Source of the DNA: Basidiobolus meristosporus CBS 931.73
Taxonomy: Eukaryota > Fungi > Basidiobolomycota
Reading direction: 5' to 3'
DNA: 64,000 nucleotides
Assembly: GCA_002104905.1 (NCBI GenBank)
Contig: MCFE01000052.1
Location: 124,001-188,000, forward strand
In this document: positions 35,902 to 46,808 of the stretch, piece after piece
How the letters are laid out: each line of letters opens with the position of its first letter
Numbering within the stretch: the first letter of the stretch is position 1
The notes under the pieces: generated by a model
What the model was told of the DNA's origin: nothing
Database searches by the model: none
What the model saw: only the letters and a program-made list of their open reading frames with translations
Position numbers and translations under genes: made by a program

Positions 35902-36927
35902 TTATAAAACAGTTAAAGTAGGTATGATAAGACGAAGGAAAACGATTTACTAAATAATGTAAGAAAAAGATTACATGGAGCTTGAAAAGTCTACCGAAGG
36001 GGGAGTCGGGTATATTTATCGTACAACTGATGGTGAGCCGATTTTGGCTATGATTGTGGGTAAAAACTCTTTCCTCGAGGATACCATTGGAATTATAACC
36101 AAAAATATCCCCATGAAGGACCACTTTGTATGGAAAAAGAAAGAAATAACCCAATTGCGGAGAACACCAGCCAAAATCGGTATTTTCTCATCACATCGAG
36201 TCTCTTTGATATACGCGTAATTCCAAAATACCTGATCGAAAAGACCCAGCAAGCCAATAAGAAGAACCGCCTTACAATGGGATGGACGTAGTGGCTTTTT
36301 TTCAACAATCGAGTTTGTCCCACTCCTCTCCGGTCGATGTCATAGAGCATCACCTAACAGAATGGACTCAAATATTTACTGACCATTCAGACGAAGCATA
36401 GATCCACTGGGTAGCCCAACCAAAACAAAAATCAAGTATTCCTCCGTGTGACATTATATTTTCCCGATTGGCTGAGCGAAAATGAGAGGGATAAATATTC
36501 CACAAATTAGATACAATTCAGTGCTAGGTGATTGCCATCTCCAACGCGTATGTGGAGTTTCAAGCACTCAGCATGGCCCTTGGGTAATCGAATAGGAGGC
36601 CGAAGCATTCGTTGTATCCGACTTTTCAAATGGTTCTCAGCTCATGCTGTCCAACCCATATGATGTAACAGCAGGGTAAATCGTGGGAACCAGGGGTTTG
36701 CCCAGAGTGGTATCGAATCTAGGCTGGGTCCATTCCATTTCTGCGGTTACAACAGCCCAGTGATCAGGTATTCTCATCACCACTTCCCCATATATCCCTT
36801 TTGGCTATATATTCTAGTCACAAGGAGGAGCTCTGAGGGATTTAGATACTGTACCATGCGTGATCTGGATCCGATATCTTGCGAAGTGAGCCATGTCCAT
36901 CCTCTAGGAATGGATCAAGGCCCCAAG

Positions 36928-36977
36928 CATCGAAATTAGCCATTCTGCATATCATCGAAATCAGCCATTCTGCACAT
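36928..36977. repeat. 25-bp tandem duplication in the region between the velvet genes
   Basis: CATCGAAAT(T/C)AGCCATTCTGCA(T/C)AT twice, two mismatches. Confidence 0.85.
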
Positions 36978-37995
36978 GGCTTGGGATATCCATCTGTTTG
37001 GTAAGAAGATTACGTTACGAGGCAACTAGTTTAGCTTTGAGACATCGTGTCATGAGATTCTAAACTGGTGCCTTGTTTCAAATCAGGGAATTACATAATC
37101 CGCTAGCGGGAAAACCCGAGTATGGTTTCATTCAGTGACCAGTGAATGTAGTCAAGTGGCCAGTTAATATAGACTACTGTGGCCTAAATATCAGCATGTA
37201 TACAAGCAAATTACCACCAAACATGTAGTAGGTGCTTTCGTATCACTACACCATGGCACACTGGAATTGCGTTGTACTGAGAGTAAAGATTCGATCAAAG
37301 GTCCAGCAATTTAGCAAAAGTAATCCGAAATAAAGAAGTGACTCAAACGATGGTAAAGCCTCAGTCAGATGATGAGCCTCGGGAATCTGTATCGACTGTA
37401 ATTCCCAACAAAATTCCCCGATTCTCCTTACGAAAACCAGTTGACTACCCGAAGGACATCCTCAAATTTCTTGACTCACACTATCCTTGCGGGAGATCCT
37501 GACTAATCAACACGGTTTCGTGGCGTCTTTATCAGGCTATAGTGGACTGTTTCCTGATTAATCTTGATCATTCGCTGCAACTCGATGTGTATCTTACGTC
37601 CCACGAAATGAGGTATTTTACGCTTCATAACATTTCGTATTTTTACCAACTCCGTATATACGTGCATCCAAGTGGCTAGCTATCCAAATCAGGTGCGAAA
37701 TAAATTGAACCCACTGCATTCTTGAATCAACCAAGCTCATCCACCACCCGTTTAGGTAATGGCTGTTTGCTGGAGATGAAGCCGGTTTCCGGATACTGGA
37801 CTCGTTTTGCGACAATCCAATGGTTTATGCAAGATCATACCACTTGGATGAAAATATTTGGCATCGCCTATATATATGCCTCCAACTGCTCCGGTATTGT
37901 GGTTTTTTTCTTAATTTTACTGCTACCATACTTCTCACAATACTCTGCACTGCATTGGTCGACACCACACAGGATTTTTGAACCTTTTGGCAACC

Positions 37996-39376
37996 ATGAC
38001 TAAAGGATACTCAGCACAAAGCTATAAGTTTATCCAAAGCTCCGAGCGCTTTGGGTATCGTCCTGACAGGTAATTGAGATTGCATTGCGGTCAAGCAATA
38101 AAAGTACTCACATTATCTGGGATTAGGTCGTATCGCCTGATAATGCGCCAGCAGCCGCGGCAAGCTCGCCTATGTAGCTCCAAAGAAAAGGTGGACCGGC
38201 GACCGATCGATCCCCCTCCCGTTGTACAAATTTGCACAGATGGCGACAATGGAGAGGACGAATATCTTCAGAACCCTAATTTCATAGTCTACGTCTCCTT
38301 ACTGTCAGACCAGGAAGAGCTTCAGGAAAAAATTCCACCGCGAAGGCTTGCAGGAACACTGGTATCTTCACTCCACAAACTGAAGGACATTGATCAATGT
38401 GGTAAATATATTCGCCCACCTTTCATCAAACCTCAGTTCCTCAACCTTGTTAAACGTAGAGAAGGGATTTTTCATTTTTCCGGATATCTCAGTAAGACTA
38501 GAGGGAAAATTTCGCCTTCGCTTTAATCTTTATGAGCTTATCAGGTGTGTGGCCTATATTATCGATCCATGCATCCGTCATAATCTCACTGGTTGCGTTG
38601 CTTAGTCAATCCGCAGTTCATCTCTGCTCAGTAGTTTCGGATGTATTCACAGTATATTCTCCTAAACTATTTCCCGGGATGTCAGAGTCGACCGCTTTGA
38701 GTCGAGTGTTCTCGGATCAAGGTGTGCGGATTCGTATCCGCAAAGATCGCCCAAGGTAAGCATCATGCTGTTTGGTCCTGAATGGTGCCAGAAAGATATT
38801 TACGATGAGCGTGATTGTAGGAGCAATGAACGAACAGAGCTTTTGGAGGTGGATGATGTATCCTTCAAAAAGCGCAAGGCCTCATCACCCTTATTGCGGG
38901 CTAGTGCCTCTCTACCCCACGAGAATATCAACTCTTACGAGAAATACAATGGTAGAGGCGCCGCGCTGTCGCCCAGCTCTGGACATAACTCAGATTTTGA
39001 GCAAGAGATCGATGATGAGATTATATCTCACCCTAGACATTCCTTCTCCCAATGTAAACCAGTCCACGCCAAAGGCCATTTATCGGAATCCGGTCTGTCG
39101 CGCCTTGGTTTCAATGAAAGGCGACCCTACTTCCGCCGAGATACCAACTTTTATCCAGCAGAGATTTCTGACCCTATATCAGCATCGTACGCTCCATTGC
39201 ACACACGCATTAGCAACCCGATTCAAATGGCGGAGAGCCGATCAGGCTTCAAGAGGGACACCAATTTCTATGTGAACCCCGAGCCCGCACGAGGATCTTT
39301 GACCAAGCATGAGGATAAGGGATTTTCCCTTCTGTTTGACAACTACCTGCGTCAGAAAAACATCCCCCACTATTAA
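37996..39376 (+). CDS. Velvet-domain transcription regulator, paralog 2; 5 exons
   Basis: ATG 37996 splices in frame (intron 38070-38126) to [71 protein letters not shown] and [25 protein letters not shown] follow. Last exon 38821-39376. Confidence 0.9.
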
Positions 39377-40882
39377 GCCGCCTGCCGATGTGTTATGAGT
39401 ATATCGCCCATTGCCTCTCCAACATTTATGACTGATTTGTAAATAACTAGCCTCAAATTCATACTAATAGCTAGCCCAGGATTCATACACTGCGGTTAGG
39501 GGACCCGAATGAGCTCCTACATATTTGTTCAAAGCACCCTTTTTTACATATATTTTTGGCATGTTCACTGGCTCCTCAACATCCCCTTCGATTCTCCACT
39601 TCGGATATACTTCACCTATCGTTCTTCCCTACTTTCACAATAAACCATCGCGTCTCGATGATAATCAAATCTGACTGGCCGTCAAGTTCGTTTCTCTCCG
39701 CGATAGTCGTAGATATATAGTATATTTGTACCTCCACCATTTCCTGGATCCAAGACGGACGGTCGCATTGACTACATTTCAGTCAATTAGAATGGCGAAT
39801 CTTTATTCCGGAGTTTCTTGATATATCTTTGGAGGTAACCAGCCATTGTTAACTGACAATCGCTTAATCAAATGGTTGACTTCTGAACAAGTTTAAGCTG
39901 GTTTTACCGCTCTAGGAGGGGTCAGGTGAGACCGCCAGATTAGGTCAATCATAGTCCTTGAAATTGTCCCGAAAGCGCAGATGGCATTGTCATCACAAAG
40001 ACTCGTGGTATGTAGTTGATATGGGTGGTACGCATGCTTGTTGGCAACTCTACATCCGCTTAGAGTCTGTACAACGAAGTCAACGAATGCGGAATTTTCA
40101 TCCTCTGGATTACTCCGGAGCACAACCATGTGTTTTGGCACTTGGAACTCAAGGAAAGTAAGGGTTGGTCCATTCGAAAGTCACACACCTTCGGTAGAAT
40201 CAGAGAAAATTCCACTCGGGATTTCGTGATCCAACGTTACTGTGAGTCATTCCTTCGGTTATACAAGAAAACAGTGAATGAGTTTGGGAGAAAAAGTTGT
40301 ATAAGCAAGTGGTGCATCTGGTGGTTGAAATGGTGTGTAGCACCTGTTCAACCAAAAGGTAAAACTAAGGATTGCTCAACCATCCCTTAAGAGTATTCGG
40401 CACAGTGGAGATGCTGAGGAGTACTAGCCTGACTACCGTGTTTGCAGAAGATTCCGTTAGAATAGGAAAATCATGGCGAAATTCGAGTGAAGTCCTGTTA
40501 ACAGGCTGAATGCAGTGATGACTGGTATATCAAATACTTTTTGCTATTTGGATATGTATGATCCGTGATACTTGACGTTAATAACTCATGATCGTAGATT
40601 GAGATTTTATATTCAATAGAATGCCGCAGCTAGCGCCTGAGTTCATCGTGTTCTTTGCGCATTTACTGTTTCTCAAATCAATTGGGTTTCCGATCCTTTA
40701 CCATTTAAAGATAGATTCGCAAAATCCAGGAAACTTACTCAGGAGTTAATCAAATATGTAGATTTAACCATAAAACCAGTATCAAGCATATCATAAATTC
40801 TTACCTATTCAAGACAAATGAAGTTTGACTATATGTAAACACACCAGCCCTACAACCGGCACTCCACTTTCTTCCAACATAT

Positions 40883-42541
40883 ATGCTTGATCACCAAAGG
40901 AATCCCGTACAGGATGGTGTCAAAAGCCCTCAAGAACAGCCTCCCTCCTTTGAAACTCTTTTGGAAAATTTTCGTAGCTCCACAAAATTTCAATCCAATC
41001 TAGTTGCAATACTTGGGCAATCTTTTGATAAGATAGGTACGTTTTTGCACTGTATTCCTCCACTTCGTTTCAAGATACCTTCTGTAGAATATATCCCAAA
41101 ATAAAAGCGGCATTTTAGCTAACTTTCTCGAGGAATCGGTCTGCACTTCAACAGAGAAGTTCCACTTTCCTCCTCCGCCGAAGACCACTTTAGAAACTAG
41201 GGTTTGGAGGGGATTTTTCGAAAGAGACGCAGAAATCAAAAATCCCGAGTATAACGAGCTTGTTATTCGCAAATTCCAAATCAACCCCTATGTTGGTGTT
41301 TTAGATGAGCCAGAGACTTCTCGAGCCGACAGGTATGAGAAAAAGACTACGGTGGAAGAGGGAGGAAGGCTTTAGCGATTATGTTGACTATAAGCTAATG
41401 CTCGAATACTTTTCAATCGAACTACAGTGGCAGCACACTCAGCGAAGACTATCTCACGCTACGTGAATTCCAGAACAAAGAATGGGCTGTGGATACGTAA
41501 GTTTTTTGTTAGAAGAGTTTAACGTAACCTTTTTTCGTTGATTGATCGGATTTATTCGCAGTGTTGCATTTGGGGTCAAGCTCGCAAAGGAATGCAAATA
41601 CGACGAAGCCATAAGGCAGTATAATCATGCGCTAGAGATATACGGAAAATGTAAAGAGGCGTTTATTGCTCGTGGGGCAGCGTACGTATACCAGCATGGT
41701 GGTTTATGCACATGTGATATTCCTAATGGTTTCCCCAGTCTCGCAAATACTGGTGCTCTTTTCAAAGCAGTGGACGAGTTCAAGAAAGCTCTAGATATTG
41801 ATCCCGAGCATTCCAACGCCAAATCCTACTTAGAGGCAACTCTGGAGAAGATCAAGGCTGAGGTAGGTATTCGTGTGCAAGTGGGATAAAGAGTTGGAAC
41901 TAACCTATTTCAAGAATCTGACTCAGACAAAGTCTACGCACGAGAAAAATGAGCTAAGCCCTCAAAAAAGAGAGCATGACCGCGAACGTCACCATGAAGA
42001 TGACGATTGCGACAGAAGCAGGCCCAAGAAGAAACACAAGAAAGAAAAAAGCAAGAAGAAAAAGAAGAAAAGTCGTCGCCATAGCAGACGTTATGATTCC
42101 GACGAAAGCGAAGGTCGTTCGGATGATTCCTATAGATCGAGGACAATGTCGCCTAACGAAAAAACCCGCTCTCACTCAGTCGAATCAAGGTCTTCGGAGT
42201 ACGGGCATCGACACCGGAGTCGGAGAGGAAATGAGTCCCATGGTGCGGATGAGAGATCTCAGCGTAGCCAAGGGCACTCTGCCGCGTCGAAGGATTGTCC
42301 AGACAACCATCAATCGGAGAGTCAAAGCACCCTGCCAGATAAGCCAAGCGAGTACCAGTATTACGGGCCAGAAAAAATTGATTTTGCACTGGTGGATGGC
42401 AATCAATCCAGGGAGGATCGCCGTGAGAGTGCACACAATAGCGGCTCTAGCCGGAGTTCTCGGCGGAGAAGCCACCGGCATCGAACCCGGTCTCGTTCCC
42501 GCAGTAGGGATTACCATAGAGATAGGCATCACCGTCGTTAA
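40883..42541 (+). CDS. TTC14: TTC14-like TPR protein with K/R/S-rich low-complexity C-terminus; multi-exon, 5' end tentative
   Basis: Spliced EDYLTLREFQNKEWAVDTVAFGVKLAK...EAIRQYNHALEI...AFIARGAALANTGALFKAVDEFKKALDIDPEHSNAKSYL parallels the TPR block of animal TTC14, recalled from memory. Ends in RSRSRSRD repeats. Confidence 0.7.
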
Positions 42542-42927
42542 ATGCAGTGGGGGTTTTCCTACGTGGCTCCAGTGCTTTCGCCAAAAGGCTCGGGAAATTT
42601 TGACATCTAGTCGTTTCCCAGATAAACCCATGAATCAATAAATTCCGCACTTCCAATCAATCAATTAAATAGCGACCAATAAATGCTTATCGACTCCCAC
42701 CAGCTATGTTTTGGTGGCAATCGTAGGTGTCCCCAAATTTGATTCATCTTCTATTACTGCAACAATTTACGTTGATGCCATTCCATGGCCTTTTTCTCGC
42801 TGTACGCCTCGCGTTTCCAATAGAGATAACTAACGCGTTTTCGGAATTGTAGTTTACCATTAATTATACATCAGGAATAGTATTAGAAAAAGTAGCTGAA
42901 AGTATACTTTAGACAGAGACTGCATTA

Positions 42928-45900
42928 ATGTCAAATCCTTTTCAGCAGAATCCAGATTTATGGCAACAGCTTCAACAGCAACAATTGCTACAACATCGTC
43001 AACAGCTGTTACAACAACAACAACAGCAACAGCAACAGATGCTACAGCAATCGCCATCAAATCAAGGACAACCCCAGCAATCTACAACGCAGCGATCTTT
43101 TGCGGGCCTACAAAACAGTCAGTTCATGAGCTCTAGTCAGCAGCAACAGCTTTTATTTATGAGAAATCAGCAAATGCAGCAGCAGCAATCCAGTGCCTCA
43201 CAGAACAATTTTCAGGAGCAGGAGGCTTATGGTTCTGGTCCCAAGGAGGATTCTTTGAACATCGGGTCGTCCGGTTTCTTAAATTCCACTTTACCCCAGT
43301 TGCAAGCCAACCAGCAATCTGGATTTTCACACAACCTTGGTGCCAATCCAATTCCTGGTTCTTCCTCTCTACAAATGCCAAACATGTATTCTTCCCTCCA
43401 AAACAACGTGCCAACTTCTAGAGCGATGGGCCTCTCTCGTCACTCGCCGATACCGCAACAAACTAATGAGCAAAATCAAACGAATCACTTTGGTGCTGGT
43501 GGGGTCTTTCCAGGTAACAATGGCTTGGAGCAAAGTTACTCCAACGATTCTGCCCAGTTCCTGGGGAACAGCCCTTTGAATGCAACCTTACTCTCTCAGC
43601 AAGCGCAGCCGATCACTGTTCAACAACAGTATGCACAAATGTTGGCCTCTAAGCACCGGCAATCGATCGGTTCCCAAGGGTCCATCGGCTCTACGCAAGC
43701 TAGTTTTGGGAATTTCACTAAAGAATCATCTCCGTTACAAAGTGGACAGGCAAGCCAACAACAATTGCAGTCAATCATGCAGCAACGCCGAAGTCGGCAA
43801 TCAACGCCTCAGAGCGGTCAGCTTCCTCAACTACAGCCGCGGCAGCAAAGCCAACAGCCCTCTCCTGTATTGAACGTGCAACGGGTCCAGCAACCGGAGA
43901 CGGGCCAATTGAACCCTCAGCTACAATCCGCTAGAAACCTGCAAACACAGCAAGAAGCAGCCAGAATGCGTTCCGAGTCGTTGCCGAAAGGTCTGTCATC
44001 GAAGGGAACCCCTCCTATACCTGATTCACGGCCTATACCTACGCAGTATCCAACAAACTCGACCTTTCCCGAACGAGTAAGTCAGTATCAATCACCCGAG
44101 CCGGCCCGACTAGATAGAGTAAGGAGTAGCCTTTCGCCCACTCATTTTCAAGAGCAAAGCGCCCAGGCCAGCACCGGCGAAACAATGTCGAACTCGGCTG
44201 ATCAGGTCAGTGCTAATGGGTACGCCGAGAGCGATGTAGCGGAGGAAGAAGAGCAAGCTGCTGTTGATCCAGGTAATGATTGTTTTCATACGTGTCAAAA
44301 AATGGGGAATTTTTCTCACACAACTGGCTCCTTTAGAGCTGCTGAAAAAGCAACAATCTTTGGCCGAGGTGTATACAAAGAGGGAGAAGCAGTACAAAGT
44401 AATTCTCGAAAAACAGCAAGCACGCCAAAACCAACTGCTGAACCGGAAACGCCAGGAGGTCGAGTTGATGGTTATGGAGCAGCGAAATGTGTCAATCAAC
44501 GGCCCTTACGCTTTTGGGCTTGGCTACAATGGGTATGGCAATGGATTTACTGGACAGCGATTCCAAATCATCCTGCCCTCCAGAAGAAAGCGAGTTCGTA
44601 AATCGAGGGAATTCAAATTGTAAAGTCATTGATGTGGTCGTTTGAGTGTACCGAGTATTAACTTGCCAATCAATTACTCTAGCTCAAGGGACAAGTTAAG
44701 AGAGCAGGCTGACCAAGAGGAATCTCTTGTGCCAATTCGGCTGGAGGTTGATGGTGAAGGGCAGAAGCTGAGAGACACGTTTACCTGGAATGTCAATGGT
44801 ATATTTTCAATGCATGTACTATTTCCATTTTACTGGCTTTTGTCTGACCGGAATTTCTTGCAGATACCACCATCAGTTACGAGCATTTTGCTGAAGTGCT
44901 GTGTGAGGATTTTCACCTGTCACCTTCTACATTTGTGCCATCCATCGTCAGCTCGATTAAAGAGCAAGTGGAAGACTTCTTGATCCATAACCGAAAGCCC
45001 ACTGCAGAGAGTGATGAAGTTTCAAAGGAATCGCCGGCAGAGGGAGAGTCCCAATCGTATGAAGTTGACGAGCTGGAACAGCCATTTGAGGGAATAGATT
45101 CGGAGTTGCGGATCCAAATCAAGATCGACATAACCGTTGGAAACGTGTCCCTGCTGGATCAATTTGAATGGGATATCAATTGTCCGAACAACGATCCGGA
45201 ACAGTTTGCCGAAGTGCTGGCTAATGAGCTTGGCTTGGGTGGAGAATTCAAGTACAGTTCTCACAAATTTCACGGAAATCAGTCCGATTTTGGTGATTAA
45301 CCTCGTATTCAAATATAGAACCGCCATTGCGCACTCGATACGCGAGCAGATCTATATCTACATGAAGTCGCTGTTGCTGCTGGGATACTCTTTTGACGGC
45401 TCACCCATCTACGACGGAGAGCTCGCATCAAGCTTTCTTCCCAACGTCATTGAGGCTATTCGTGACGAGGAGTCCGTGGATCAATATACGCCTATGCTTG
45501 TAGAATTAACCGATGCCGAAGTGGAGAAATTAGAACGTGACAGAGAAAGGGAGACAAGGTAAGCAACAGGAGACATCTAGCTTATTCGACATCAATCACT
45601 GACTTTGGATTAGACGTAAACGCCGTCAGAACCGCGGACGTAGAGGTGTTGTCTTACCAGATAGAGACCCACCGAAGACAAGTCGCTCGTTAATTATGCC
45701 ACCGTCGATGGATAATGGCCAGACTGGCTCGGATGGCTCCACTACACCAAGCACACCCAATATTTGGAAGACTCATCTGACGGGGACTAGCTTTGGCCAG
45801 TCGCATTCCTCCACTCCCATTCTCTCCAGTAGCAATTTATCCGCTCTCTCCAGGACATCGGCCAGAATTCGAGCCAAGGCTGATTCGCCAAGCCGTACTA

Positions 45901-46485
45901 CTCCCGTAAGAGAGGTTACGCGCCGAACACCTTCCAGGGTTGACAAGGGCCTTGATGACTGGGCCTGTGCTAACTGTGGGTGTTCCTCCAGTAGTACGCC
46001 TCTACTGAGAAAAGGGCCCAACGGAGACAAGGTGGGCTCACTTCAAGATTTCCCCCATTCATCAGTTACTGACCGCTCTTTCATCTATTTACAGACGTTA
46101 TGCAACGCATGTGGTAGGTCTTCAAGGTGATGTTTACACACCAGTCCGGTGCTAACCTAAATTTGAACTAGGCCTATATTATCAGAAAAACAACACGCCA
46201 CGGCCTGTGAAAGTCATGCCAACCAATGTCACGGATACCCCAACTGGGCCACGCACCCAATTCGCTCACACCCCATCACAACTTCACCTTTCGACCGCTG
46301 CCAATGATTCGGATACACATAGAATTGCGCAGACTGTATCATCCACCCCGGCCTCCTTACCGCTTAATTCCCATTCAATATATTCGAACCCACCGTTATC
46401 ACAAGCGCCCAACCCCTTGCCGCACATGAGCAACAATCACATCCCCGTCTCCACGAAAGAAACGGATACTTCATTCCCGAGGTAA
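42928..46485 (+). CDS. SNF5: SWI/SNF subunit Snf5 with Q-rich N-terminus and C-terminal GATA-type zinc finger; multi-exon
   Basis: PolyQ N-terminus and GYGNGFT. SNF5 repeats [21 protein letters not shown] and [17 protein letters not shown]...LGLGGEF, then [10 protein letters not shown]. Spliced C-terminal CANC-x20-CNACGLYYQK. Confidence 0.88.
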
Positions 46486-46734
46486 AAGATCACCGCCCCT
46501 CTCATCCAACATCCCACATTCCTCCTCCTCCTCCCCCACACAACACAATAAATACTTAATACCAGAATGGTTGCTGGCGGGTAGTTTGGCGGCGGTCTCG
46601 TGCGACTCAGGCGATGAATCAAAGTAGAATTTATTTTTGATTTTATACATGAGGATATCGATTTTCATGATGATCACAAGGGCGAGATTAACATTGGTTG
46701 TTTGTACTTCCCAGTAATCTATTCTACCATCCGC

Positions 46735-46760
46735 CGGAACGGAACGGAACGAAACGGAAC
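46735..46760. repeat. (CGGAA)n pentanucleotide microsatellite between the convergent SNF5 and eIF5B ends
   Basis: CGGAA CGGAA CGGAA CGAAA CGGAA C. Confidence 0.8.
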
Positions 46761-46808
46761 AGAAGGGAGCTGGGCTGAATTCAGATAAGATTACAACAAA
46801 ATTGAAGT

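Noticed and set aside
35975-37990. Small ORFs between the velvet genes (e.g. 35975-36220, 36093-36353, 37722-38003)
   Set aside because: No recognisable domains, overlapping in several frames, and without coding-like bias; treated as promoter DNA.
39893-40170. 82-aa minus-strand ORF (PKHMVVLRSNPEDENSAF...)
   Set aside because: No ATG start, splice support or recognisable motif; left uncalled.
18243-46485. Possible mating-type locus
   Set aside because: No HMG-box, homeodomain, pheromone or receptor gene, nor tptA/rnhA-type flanking genes, is visible.
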